From contig OW569360.1 of the NCBI GenBank assembly GCA_937625935.1, positions 248,001 through 312,000 on the forward strand: a stretch of 64,000 nucleotides of DNA. The letters are read 5' to 3'. The translations under genes and the position numbers were made by a program. Shown piece by piece: positions 43,376 to 56,311 of this stretch. The notes beneath the pieces are model-generated. The model made no database searches. It was not told the origin of the DNA and saw only the letters and a list, made by a program, of their open reading frames with translations. Each line of letters begins with the position of its first letter. Within the stretch, counting starts at the first letter, position 1. Source of the DNA: Tetramitus jugosus. Its lineage: Eukaryota > Protista > Heterolobosea.

Positions 43376-44930
43376 TTAAGCAAAGAACTTTGGCTTGCTG
43401 TTGTGAGATGGATGGTGTTAGTGATCACAATAACGGGATTGAAACATGACAAAAATGCAAAGTAACATACTGTTTTCTGATCCACATGAACGCACGAACA
43501 GTGTTCTCCAATCGAACAATATTTTGTCTTCTCTTCTCCGTTCTCTTTTGTCTCTTGTCTGCCGCTCTTGGTGCGAGATGAGTCTTACCATGCTTGTAAC
43601 TGAGAACCATCTTTGGTTCAATCTTTTCATTGGCTAACATCTGTGGCAAAATCTTCGACGCAGTCTTGATGTCCAGGAATGGGAAAATGAATGAGCCACC
43701 CTCAGTTGCCTTTGACAATTCTCTCAAAACTTGTTCGTCACTTGTTAGAGTAAATCTAATTGGAGTAGGTCCTCTTCTACCAGTCTTACGACCATGGGCG
43801 AATGCCAAACCTTCTTGCATTCTGTCAATCTTGTCTTGAATTTCATTTCTGTATTCCTCGTGGACATCAATTTCATACTCTGGCTTCTTCAATATATCAT
43901 ATGTTAGAGAGTCAAAATAACGCTTAACTTCAGGAATAGAGTCGCCGGCAGCAATACGATTGAGGACACCATCGATAGAACCTGGAGGAAGAATCTTTGA
44001 TCTCAAATCACTGATGTGCTGTTGATACAACTCTGGAGATTGTTGCTTAAGCGCATAGGACTTTTTGACTAGTGCGGCAAATGCTTTTTCTTTTCGCATC
44101 ATTTCAAAGTCCAATTCACGTTGTTTCAAATAGAACTTGTATGACATTAATACTTCTTCATTCTTGCGTTGAGCAACAGATTTACGAGCATAGTTCGATT
44201 TTGCTTCTCTTACAACCTCGGATAGGTTACTGGTAGACATTGAACCATCTAACAGGGAATCAATCAATTCTCTAAATTCGTGATTTGGTGCCAAAGATAG
44301 TGTATCAGGCTCCAATTTCACCAACATTTCAGCAAGTTTACGATTTGACTCATTTGATTGATCAACTTGCATGGTTCTTTTGCGCATGTCCTTCAAAACC
44401 AAATTCTCAGCTTTAGCTTCGTAAAACAACTTATCAAAGTCCTCATTGCTCAACTTTTCATGTTGTTCGTCCACTTCCCTCTTAATCTTATCAAACAATT
44501 CAGAGTGTGGAGCTCCATTTCCAATAGTTAATCTCACACTCTCTGAATCAATTGTATCAGGATCATACTTTAGCATTGCACGCACATATGGGACCATTTC
44601 GCGTAGTTTCATTGGTTCCTGTTTCTCTTCTCTTTGCAACTTTTTTTTTGCAGGAGAAAGAGGTGCCCTCTTGGGGGTCACTTCGGTCTTTTTGTTTGTG
44701 GCAGAGATGGTTTGAAGAAGATTGTTGAATAGGACAGAGTCATCAGAAATGAGATCGTTGGTGACTCTGGAAGATTGAGCAGACACTCTTTCGCTGGTGG
44801 TTTCTGCTTGAGGGGATGGGACTTTGTTTACCCAGTACTCCCAATCTAGTGTGCTGTTTGAGTTGTCAGTCGCATAACTTCTGATTGATTGGTTGTTGAT
44901 GATGGAATCCCTCTTGAAACGAGCTTGCAT
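43376..44930 (-). CDS. Probable mitochondrial protein with a C-terminal bS21m-like segment; intron 43470..43398
   Basis: Presequence-like start (IRSY-AT). A GTATGT..CACTAAC..CAG intron gives the end WIRKHKPKFFA*. The basic C-terminal region resembles mitoribosomal S21. The CDS is solid; the product call is tentative. Confidence 0.6.
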
Positions 44931-45950
44931 GATTGAATGATGTCAGTGTGATAAATTGGAGAGAAACTTTGTTTGCGTGAAAAATTTTTGTAATTTTCCT
45001 TTTTGTAACATTATTTTCCCGATCGGAGTAACATGCTCTTGTTTGCCCGGCTACAGTTGGCGCACATTGACGGACCAGAATGTTCTGAGCCAAGAATTGC
45101 CGTCATATGAGGAAATGACTATTGAGCTAGGTTTCTAGGTTTGCCAGATTTTTGCAGGAATGTTGTTGGCCAAAAATAATGACCTCGCCCAAACCGTCAG
45201 CTTTACCAGATACTTGTCCATGGAATCTTGGTATGGTATCTTTCGGTATGATAGTTCTAGATACTCAGTCCCCAGTTTCCAACTCTCTTCAAAGGTTCAC
45301 TCTGCCCATCTTGTTGTAATCTTTCATTTGTTATTCTCTGAATGGAGAAGCAGGTCAAGAAGGTTGAAAAATCCCTCATATTGTTCTGTTGGAGGGTGGA
45401 GTTTCAACATCGATCCAGACATAGTCTTTCACGATTTGAAAAGGGTTGCCCCGACTTTCCCGGTAGTGCGTTGTTCTGGCGCCCCCTCACACGATTTGTT
45501 CTTCATGCCGGACATTTTGCGAAACATGACGTTGTTGTCCGCCATCAACACCACAAAACAAGCCGTCACAAAAACGACAAGTCACAAAAGGAGCCACCAA
45601 TATTTCTTTTCTATCGCTCCCAACGTTTTGTTTTGTTTTGTTGTTCAACAAAGAAAAAACTGGCACACTCTCCTCCATCCACATCCAACTCACAAGTGTG
45701 CACTCCCTTTTAAAAACAAAGAGAACAACATCTCAACATTAAGCACGTTCAAAGACATTGTTGTGCTGCGTTTTTTGTCCAATCACACAAAACAACTTTT
45801 TTGAACAATTCGAGTGGTCAAATCGATCCGATTTCCATCAACGACCCGAATACGTACGGCACGCGAGATAACCCATCAAAGCCTTTTTTTTCCTCTCAAT
45901 TTCACAACACAGCTGTTGCTGCTCTCAATCGAATCTTTCTTTGAACCAAC

Positions 45951-48900
45951 ATGGCAGACAACAACACAAACACACTCTCCAGTTCATCACCAAGAGTTAG
46001 CTATTCTGCGTTGAACATGGATCAAGCCTCAGAAATGATGGTATATGAAGAGTTTGACACAATGAACGAAATGACTGACACTTCAGCGTACATGAGTGAC
46101 GAAGACAGTGAAATTACATTATCTAGCAGTATGAGACACATGTCCAGTGGTGCTATTCCCTCCAGCGTCACCGCCTTCATGAAATACGACACCAAAAAAT
46201 ACAATTTGGACAAATTTGGCGAACATTTGCGCAAATTGACTACAGCAACATCAACAACCATAACAGCTGCAACCAATGACGAACTATTGAGAGCATGCTT
46301 GATATCTTCAGACGAATTCCATAATTACAACAATAGCAACAATGGTACAGATTCATCCATCTCTCTCACTTCACAACAAAGCAACAACAACAACAACAAC
46401 AACAAGAATGATTCCATCACAAAAATAACAATAGGAGAGCTTCTCGTGTCCAATAGACCAAATATTTTGAGGCATCACGTGTATGATGAGTCAGGCAACC
46501 TGGACAAACAGAAAAGGGATGAAAAGGAACAAAAATTGTTAACGTTCGGCCTGTTGGAGACATTCGAGGAGCGACATCAGTTACCGAATCAATTGAAGCA
46601 AGGATTGTCGTTGGTATATGAAGATCACATGATGATGGACGTCAGAGGAAAGAACAAGGACATTTCTGCACTGTGGTTGGATCAGACGAGACACAAGACA
46701 CTCACAGAGGTTGATTTTGATGTCGATATCGAATCTGATGTGAACGATGGACAACCCACCATCTCCTCCATCTCTTCCAAAATTAAAAAGTATCGAGAGA
46801 GGGTACTGTTGAAGAGTTCTTCAACACCACTGTCACCCAATAACAACAACAGCAGCAGCAATAATAATAACAACAACAATAACGAACAAAATAGAGTCAG
46901 AAGTTCATCTTCATCCAGCAGTGACAATTCAAGGTCTGTATCCACGATAGGCTCTCCTGTACCACCACTCTATTCGACAGCTACAGCAAACTGCGTGGAT
47001 GACAGTGCTTCTGCGTCGCCAAAGGAGGGACCTCCTCCAACGCCCACAAGCCCAATATCAGGGACACCGACAACGCCAAAAGAAGGTATTTTGTTTCGAT
47101 TACCAACAGCAAACTTGGAGACTTATCGGAGTCCAAGCACGCCTGAGATTGGAAGCGATGGCGATGAAGAATTGGCCCAATTGCTGTCAGTCAAGAATCC
47201 AGCTGAGAAGACAAAAGCATATAACAATTTTAAACTAGGTTCAGCTATGAAGAAGAATTCGATACTGGAGCTGTATGAGGAGATGCAGCCTCTAGTTGCC
47301 GCAAAGAAAGATATGAGAATCAATTTGGACAAGTACGACCTGTTACTGAGCCGATTCTCGCACAATTTCGAGGAGCAAGATGTATCTCATGTGCTGTTTG
47401 AAACGAAACACATAGAGTTCGCAATGCAACAGAACATTGGTAAGCCATTTGAGTCGTTGTTGTGCTCTGTGTCATTCTATGAGCTGTCAGGAGTATCCAC
47501 AGTTTCAAAGATTACAGAGAGTTATCGGTTTGAACTTGGATACTCGGAGGAGGTCAACGCAGGAAATAGAGCCTTGTTCCACATACGGAAGAACAATTCA
47601 AGAATATTTATGCTAATCAAATTCAGCAGACCTTTCAAGGGCGAATTCAACGAGTCTGTCAATGAAATGTATTTGCGTGGTGAAAAGGTGAAGGAGAAGG
47701 ACGTAGCGAACTTTAATACCGCCCAGAAACAAAAATTATTCAAGAGCGTACAGGATGTTCATTCTGTCTTTGCTTGGAGTTGTATTCCATTTGGTGAAGC
47801 ATTGAGTCCCTATGAAAAGAACACCACATTAACCAACATTTACATTTGTGGCAAATCAGGTGATATGTCAGATGAAAAGATTATCACCATGATTGCGGCT
47901 CAGGATGCCACAAAGAGACCGAAGAATATCCCAGGAAAGTTTGAATTCAATTTACAGGTGATACAATCGTTACCTATGCCAAAACGAGTTGTGCCGCAAA
48001 CATTTGATTTGATGGTCAAATCTGAGAGTGGACAACTTGTGCCAGCTGCGGAAATCAATAGTCTTGATACTATGAGACACAACATGATGGAGCTCACGAA
48101 TTTGCTCTACATTTATCCGATGGCATTCACAGCCAACAGCAGTTCATTCAAAAATATTCAAATTATCGTGTCATATCACGCAAATGATAAGGCACCAAAG
48201 AAGGAGGGGTACAGAAACTTTATGTACTATTTTTCTGCTAATCCTAATGATTTAGTAACTCAAGGATTTACTCAAGTCTCTGCAAAGAGCAAGAATCCAG
48301 AGTTTTCTGATGAAATTAAGTGTACATTACCTGCAAATATTGGCGATACTCATCACTTGTTATTCCGATTCTTCAATGTCGCTCACAGTGAGTCGAATCT
48401 AACGAAGTATGGAGCAAAGGATTTTGTGGGTTATGCTGTGTTGCCTATTTTGACCAAGCAGAGACGTCTGATTGCTGGAGAGTTTGTGTTGGATGTACAA
48501 ACATCGATACTCCAGGAGGGATATCTAGACCATACAGATAGAGCGAAAATTGATAAGGCCTTCAGAGTTAAATTTTTCTCCAATAGTATCATGTATCCAA
48601 ATGGTGATTGTAGCGAGTTGTTGAGCTTTTTCAACTTGATGAGCAGCGAGAATCGAAAATCGCTCGACACTGTTAAGACTCTGCGGTATGCTCTTGATGG
48701 AGTACGAACATTATCGCCTGCGTTCCACAGTTTGAATCCAATAATTTTGAATCAGTTATTTGAGTTATTGGGAGAACTTGAATCATCCAGACTTGCTTTA
48801 ATGAGAATGATTATGGAGGTGGTTGAGAAGTATAGATTGGAGAGTATGGAATCGCTTCATACATACATCAAGTACCACTTTAGAATGGATGTTAGTGAGC

Positions 48901-51900
48901 CATTAATGTCTGCTCTATCGATGTTGTTTGATTCTGCTTCTCCATCGGATTACGATCATCTATTACAGAATTCTTGGTTCTTCTTGTCCATTTTAATCAA
49001 ATCAATGACTGTCCGGACTGTAAATAATATCACCAAGGAGCCTCCTCTATTTTCGAGCACATTCTATGAGAATTTGGAATTGTTTACGAGAGGACTTATT
49101 CTATTTCTTGAGAAGAACTTTGAAAACTCTGCAAAGGTTAAGAGACTTAATATTGTGTTTGCAAGTTTCATGCGTCACTCTCTGTCAGTGATTGATAGGT
49201 AAGGATCCATCTTTTTTCATAATGTAATGCACAACCTATGATTAACAACTCACCATTTTGCTTTCAGACCATTTGTTGTGAGACTTGTGATGAAGTATAT
49301 TGAGAGTTTGGCATATTTCCCTCGCAAGCAAGAGGAAGTTATTGTAGATATGAAACTAATGTTCTTTAGAGAGTTTTTCGACTATGATCATTACCTGTTG
49401 TTATTTTTACCGAATGCATCGAGCCCAGCCAACGAAAGCTCCATCAATCAACATTTCGTCCTCTCCGCTTACATTGATATTTTGATAAAATACTTGTGTA
49501 ATGCAAATCGGACGATCAGATTAAGAGCGATTTTATCGTTCAGAGAATTCATTTATAAGGTGGCATTTGATGTCAGATATCAATCAACCGAACTAAAGGC
49601 CAGAATTAGTAACTTGTTGTTTGAATTTGTGCACAAGTTTTTAGATGTGATGAATGAATGGCGAGAAGCTTGTGATAAAGATCGAAAGAATGCTTCTAAC
49701 ACTCTTGCTGAGGCTCAAAGAAAACTTACAATGACTCACAATAAGATTGCTATCAAGAAAGAAACGTCTCGGAATGCGATGAAGATGCAGAGTAAGGAGG
49801 ACAAAATATCCAAAACGAACTATTCTCTTCTTCAGAATGAAGTGAAGGAGCTCGAGTCGTCAAAGAAGCATCTAATCAAGTTTATTACAGCTCATGAAGC
49901 TGAGCTGAAGAAACATCAAGATCAAGCAAAAGAGGAGAAAAGGCAGTTGTTCTCATGCATAGCCTACATACTTGATACTATGGATACTGAAGTTCTGAGT
50001 AGATTTCTAGCAGTGAAAGAGGAGCAGGATTTGACAAAATTATCGTTATTCCTAATGGTGTTACAAGCATGTTTACAATCCTTTGAATATCAGGGTTATA
50101 GATCTCTGTGCGATTTTTATATTAATCAGTACCGAGTCTTGAGTGAGGGAACTGTGGTATCTTTCGAAGAAGAGGTTGATGAGTTTGCTGGTGTTGCTGC
50201 TTCTAATATTTCTGACAATAGAGTGGTTCAACCCCTTCGTAGTCGGAGAGGAACGGTAAATATTTTAACTGGTGGCTTGTTTGGTAAGGGTCCAAATAAG
50301 TCCCGCGCAACACGTTTAGGTGGTCTTAGTAATGCATTTAGTATGAGTGAAGCTCCGAAGGTGGAATCTCCTGAGCAGTTTCAGCGAACTAAGGTACAAC
50401 TACCGAAGAGTACTGAAAGAAGAGTCAGTTCTTCTATTGAGTTTCCTTCATTTGTCCCTACGAAGGGACAGGATGCTTTTGTTTCAGATCTTATTAAGAT
50501 TGAGCAACATATTGCTGAACATATCGCGGTGCTTGTGTTTAAGTGCTTGGTGGACATTATTGATAAGAACAAAGATTTAGTTGATCAGGAGAATGATCCA
50601 ATGCGTGTGTCACCATTCATGGATAACATCCTGAGAACATTATTGAATCTATTGCATTTGAATCAGAGCAAAGATGTTCATATCATCGTTCTCTCCTATT
50701 TGAAATTTTTGTTCTTTGAAAAGAAAATTCTTCTTTTCAGTGCAACGTCAGTCTATGGATCATTGTTTTGTGAGGCACTCATTGGATTGTGTAATTCTAA
50801 ATTGCAGCCTGTACGTAATTTAGCTACGGTTGTACTCTATCTAGTCGTTCGATTGAACTTTGAGACAAACACGAATATTGATCATTGTCAGGTCATGACT
50901 ATTTTGTCTCTGTCAAGAGCACTTCAATACACTGTTCCTGTGTATAACAACCTACAACACGCAATCGAATGCATATCCAAGTATGCATATTTGGATCAAG
51001 ATGCACCAGGAAGCAAGAGATGGCAGACAAAACATGGAACGGTAAAGAAGGCTCGATCTCCTTCATTACCAGTTTCTCCTGTGGCATCAACTCCACGTCC
51101 AACTGGGAAAGCAACACCTAACCAAGGCATCAATGGTAATTTTGCATCAGCTTTCAATTTCTTTAGGCAGAAGGAGTCTGATACACAGGATAAGATGAAG
51201 GACAGAATGGCATTGGAGAATATGGCATCTTTTGCAGAAGATGTGGAGCAACTTTCAAAGGATTTGCAAAATCTCTTACGTGATACTGTAGCAATTAATG
51301 TAACGAAACAAACAGATGCTAAGAATCCACACAAGACTGAAGATTTGTTCTTCCGCATATCCCAACTCTATAATAAGATACCAGAATTGAGACACGAATG
51401 GCTTTTCCAGCTCGCTGTGTATCATAGACATAAGATGCAATATGCTGAAGCAGCTCAGTGTTATTTGAGAGTAATAGCCCTCATTTTAGACACTTTGCAA
51501 AAGAATTCAAGTCCAATATTGGCAAACCTTCCACTGACGGATTTCTACAAGATTTCTCCAAATCTCACAAAAGGATTGTTGTCTGATGGTCTGTCACAGA
51601 ATGAGGCGATTCCACCTCATGCCTGGGAGTACACTGAAACTGGTCTTATCAAGTTGTTAAAGACTACCATCGATTATCTGGAAATGGCCGAACAGTATGA
51701 ATCAACGATACCATTATTTAAGATTCTCTTGCCAATGTTTGAGAGCAATGATTCCTGGTATGAACTCTCATCACTGTATCAGCACATGCATTCAATCTAT
51801 GAGCAGATTGATAAATCGTACAAGGAGAAGACAAGAATGTTCGCCAGTTACTATCGTCTTCGCTTCATGGGTCCTTGGGAACAAGATTTGAGTGGTAAGG

Positions 51901-53066
51901 AATATGTATACAAGATGCCCAAACTCACAAAGTTGCATCAAATGACAAAGCATGTTCGTATTTTGTTTGGAGATGAATTTGAGTTGATAACCAGTGTGAA
52001 GCCAGATGCCTTATCTGCTCTGGACCCAAACAAGCGATACCTTCAACTCACGAGCGTGAAACCTTATTTCCACCCAGAGGAGGACGGATCAGCTCCACTA
52101 CCAACAGCATTTTCACCAAGATCATCAGCAACGGTTGAGCCCGCTTCATCCACTAATACTGTGACTGCATTTGGCGTAATGAGAAGAAGAGGACAATCCA
52201 ATGCAAAGACTGATGTGGCGATGCCTTCATCTCAACCTGTTGGAATTATCGAACGACGAACTCCCTTCCAGAAGAACAACAACGTCAATCACTTTTACTA
52301 CGAAATGGCATTCACCCAGGGAGCGAAGAAATCCGAACTGCCAACTGAAATCTACAAGAGAAAAGTCATTTTAACATTGGAGAACTATTTCCCATGTGTA
52401 AAAACGAGATCACTCGTTGCGAGGGACGTCGAGATAATTCTGACTCCTGTTGAGGCCGCCATTGAGAATATCACTGTCCAAAATCAACGACTGGAGGAAG
52501 TTTTGTCCTGCAGCCCTCCTGATCTTCAGAATATACAAATGACTCTGTCCGGATCAGTACGCGCATCCGTTAACGGAGGACCAAGAGACATTGTCGAAGG
52601 ATTCTTGGCGAGAGATGAGCGAGCAAAATACGATACGAAACACATTCAGCGTTTGAATGAGAAGTGCCACATCTTCCTAAAGCTATGTGAGATTGGAACA
52701 ACGATCAATGGCAAATTGTCCACAGCCAAGCACAGACAAATGCATAATGAGATTGAAAAGGGTCTACAAGAGATTAAGCAATTGTTTACAGAGCATTTGA
52801 CACCACTTCCAGCCAACCATGAAATCAAACAATTGCTAATGATTGAAGAATTGTGGTCAAAGAATTTGGGCACCACTGAAACAACAAACGACAACACCCC
52901 TTCACTCGGCAACCATCACCATCATCACTACCATCCAGAGATGATGGGATCATCCAACAGTCTTGCTCGTGAGTCCTCTCAACTTCGACTGAGCATTCCA
53001 CATCACAAATTCCAACGTCTGCTTTCTGATTCACCAGATTTAGCCAATCTGGCCGGTTTAGACTGA
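45951..53066 (+). CDS. DOCK-family (Zizimin/DOCK-C/D-like) Rho/Rac/Cdc42 GEF; intron 49199..49267
   Basis: DHR-1 C2 domain: NLLYIYP, NPEFSDEIK, HHLLFRF. DHR-2: PELRHEWL, YAEAAQC, YYRLRF.G, GKEYVYK, YLQLTSVKPYF and LSGSVRASVNGGP. Confidence 0.93.
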
Positions 53067-53239
53067 GCAAATAAATACATTTCAGCAACACATAAACTAA
53101 TTAACCCTTCGCTACTTGTATCCACTTTTTGTAACTCTTTGACACACGATAGGTGAAAACACGTTTTTCTTTTTTGGTGCGGAAAAATCTGTTCGCAAGT
53201 GAAATCGAACACGAAAAACCAAACACCCCACTCATCAGC

Positions 53240-53737
53240 ATGAAATACTTTTTGCCACTGTTGCTGCTTGCCCTTGTTGCATCTGCCCTGTTTGTTGTGT
53301 CCAATGCTGACCAAACTACAATCAGCCCAAAGGACGCCTACTCCATGCTTGTTAATTCGTATGACAACACCTTTCTGGTCGATGTGAGAACGGATGCTGA
53401 ATGGAAGTGGGTTGGTACCCCTGTTATTCCGCGCAATAACTCCCACCTGATTTACGAGTCGTTCTTGGTATTTCCCGACATGCACTTGAACGCAGATTTT
53501 ATTGACAATGTCTACGGGAAATTGAAGAGAAATCAAGAGTTTGATCCTGATCGCTCCCATGTCATTTTCATGTGCTGCTGCGCCGGTAGAAGCATGAGAG
53601 CTGCACAAACAATGAGCAGCCTCATCAAGAACACTTATTCCATGCTCTATGGTTTTGCAGGTGATTTGGATGCCAAGTCACACAGAATGTCTGTCAATGG
53701 CTGGGTATTTGATCAGTTGCCATGGGTTCAATCATAA
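53240..53737 (+). CDS. Secreted single-domain rhodanese, bacterial-type
   Basis: Signal peptide MKYFLPLLLLALVASALFVVSNA, then LVDVRTDAEWKWVGTP, active loop FMCCCAGRS and GFAGDLD..HR..VNGW...LPWVQS. Confidence 0.88.
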   Translation: MKYFLPLLLLALVASALFVVSNADQTTISPKDAYSMLVNSYDNTFLVDVRTDAEWKWVGTPVIPRNNSHLIYESFLVFPDMHLNADFIDNVYGKLKRNQEFDPDRSHVIFMCCCAGRSMRAAQTMSSLIKNTYSMLYGFAGDLDAKSHRMSVNGWVFDQLPWVQS

Positions 53738-54641
53738 AGTTCAGTTCACTTTTTATTTCTTCTGAACGATTGTCGATGTTTGGTAAACCGTACAGCGTGG
53801 AGATGCCCTTTACATCTCGTGTATTTGAGCGCTCCCCATCTCGCATGTCATCGCGCAGCACCTTCTGAGCCAGGTCATGATGCCCGCCCAATCCCTTTCA
53901 AAAGCAATGAATTTGTTATTAAGATGATGGTTCCAGCTCATTAGATTCACCTTGTTCTTCCTGGTTGTTTGTGACCTGCTGCCTCCAGTACGTGTTTAGT
54001 CATACACCCTGGAAATGGATTGGATAGTGTCAATTGGCACTAAACTTGAATTAACAACCTCCATCTCCATCCCCTTCGCCTTCTCCTGCACCACCACCAC
54101 TATCTGGAGGTCGGAGAACTTGTCTTTAGCACCAGTATTGTAGCGTATTCGATACTGGCTTTTGTACTTGATTTACCGAACCAAAAACCAATCAAATCTC
54201 GATTCTTGGTCCAAATATTGTTGATTAAATAAAGAATGGAGTTATTTGGAGCTCATTAATGCCTCTACAGCCAAAGAATTAAGAGGAGTGAACTCTTTGG
54301 CCTGTATTATTTCGAACCCATGTTTCCTTATTCATCTACTCATGTCAGATGGCTCGATACTTGTCATCACTATTCAGATCAACATCATAGCTATCAGTTG
54401 CATGTAATATGTCTTGTTGTCCATTCTGGAAGCTACGAATGCACTCAATCTTCCAGCAAAGACTCTTGAACTACAGTGCGACAAAAAAACGGGCCGAATC
54501 TCGAAAAAAATAATGACGTTTGAAGTTGCTTTCAACAGGCTCACAACCAACGAAACCAAAATCTGATTCACACGCACATAACAAAAATAACAAACCAACT
54601 CACTCATCATCATCCTCAACAACAACAACAACAACAAAAAA

Positions 54642-56108
54642 ATGTCGTCATCAGCCTGCAATCTGATATCAATCGAAACAAGAAGACTACAAAACCTTCA
54701 AACTCACCACTCTCTCATCCAACTCACCAAACAACCACTCTCACAACTGTCTTCCACTAGGGATTTACCCCGACTCTCCAAATGCACATCCATTTATTCG
54801 AATTGTGCGTATCATGTGACAACGACGACAAACATGCCATCGGACCAATCTCAATTTGTTGTCGTTCAACAACAACCATCATTAGCAGAGGAACAACAGA
54901 CATCTACGACACCAATGATTGTAACAACAACAACAACAACACCGACTTCACCTGCGACCACCAGTGCAACATCAACAGTCGGAACAACAATAACAACCAA
55001 TGAAGAAAAAATGTTTCAGCTGATTGAACAATTGTCCGATCACCATGAAAAATCTCAAATGTATTCCAATCGCAAAAACAACCATACCAACAACAACAAC
55101 AATAACAATGACGACGATGATGATGATAGGAATGATAATAAGGATCACGATGAAGACATGGAGCTAAAGAAGAAAAAGAGACAAACGTTTAGAATGGTAT
55201 CAGTGAGTGATTATAGTGCCATGAATCATGCATTGTTGGATGATTTTGGTGGAGAAGAGTCCATGGTGATTCGCATATTGAAATCCATGCAACAGAGCAC
55301 TATCATGCACGTGCTCGTTCTCGTCAAGGCACTCCTTCAAAAACCTCACAAGATTTTGACCAAGGATGTTCAAGGCTCATGGAACATTTCCATTTATTTT
55401 CCGACAATGAACCATTCGATGACATCGAGTGGTAGTAGGAATCTGAGTTTGGAAACGACGGGTCATCCTCAAAAAATTTGTGTGTGTCATCGCAGAAGAG
55501 AACAAGTGTATGAAAAGGTGGTGAACAACAGTGAAGATGGAGATGGTGGACGAAAAACAACGTTTCGTAATCTGTTTCAGTTCGAGTGGCAAATTTGCTT
55601 CTTTTTGGATGAGTGGAGCGATTCGTCGTCTTCTGGTGGTGGTGGTGGTAGTGGTGGCGTGTTTGACGTGTTTGTTCAATTGATGAATACGGATATTGGT
55701 ACGGATGAGACGAGAGATGTTTCTGCGCAGAAACAAGCTGTTCATTCAGTGTTTAGTGAGATTAATGATTTGGAGTATGAGTCAACACTGCAATCATTGA
55801 AAGAAGAGAACAATGGTGAGAATCAAAGTAGCAGTACAGATCAGAACAATGACTGTGAAGGTGGTCATGTAAATAAGCAACAGGTCAAGCAGCCCTTGTT
55901 GGATGAGGAAGCACAGAAAAAGAATCAACAAACACAGCAGCACCAGCACCAGTCGCGGACGCACTTGCATCCACACTTTTCATTAGAGTCAACAAAGAAC
56001 AGGATTTCAAAGTCCATTTCCAAACTATCACTGTTTAGTTGTAGTGAGAAGCTCGATGAGAATGAAGATCAACGACCTCAAAAATCGCCCAAATCGCCCA
56101 GACGATAG
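54642..56108 (+). CDS. Low-complexity protein with a globular domain resembling the C-terminal domain of Dictyostelium GlfB-like proteins
   Basis: 488-aa ORF. Conserved-looking core ILKSMQQS...TKDVQGSWNISI...CHRRREQ...FQFEWQI; family recalled from memory, so tentative. Confidence 0.55.
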   Translation: MSSSACNLISIETRRLQNLQTHHSLIQLTKQPLSQLSSTRDLPRLSKCTSIYSNCAYHVTTTTNMPSDQSQFVVVQQQPSLAEEQQTSTTPMIVTTTTTTPTSPATTSATSTVGTTITTNEEKMFQLIEQLSDHHEKSQMYSNRKNNHTNNNNNNNDDDDDDRNDNKDHDEDMELKKKKRQTFRMVSVSDYSAMNHALLDDFGGEESMVIRILKSMQQSTIMHVLVLVKALLQKPHKILTKDVQGSWNISIYFPTMNHSMTSSGSRNLSLETTGHPQKICVCHRRREQVYEKVVNNSEDGDGGRKTTFRNLFQFEWQICFFLDEWSDSSSSGGGGGSGGVFDVFVQLMNTDIGTDETRDVSAQKQAVHSVFSEINDLEYESTLQSLKEENNGENQSSSTDQNNDCEGGHVNKQQVKQPLLDEEAQKKNQQTQQHQHQSRTHLHPHFSLESTKNRISKSISKLSLFSCSEKLDENEDQRPQKSPKSPRR

Positions 56109-56311
56109 CCACCGTGCACAACCTTGTATATTTTTTGATGGTGAGCTCACTATCAGTACTTTGGAGTATTGTAGCATCAGTACTCCATGCTACAATTGAT
56201 ATTGTATTATATAAAAGTTTACTTATAAGTAAGAAAACATTTTGTTATCCGTTGTCAACGTTCTGAAGCCGGTTGGGCATTTCCGCCCAAAAGCAACAAA
56301 AAAAAACAAAG

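Noticed and set aside
45160-45804. 214-aa ORF as a protein-coding gene
   Set aside because: No domain, atypical composition, and it runs through A/C-rich promoter-like tracts; not supportable as a feature.
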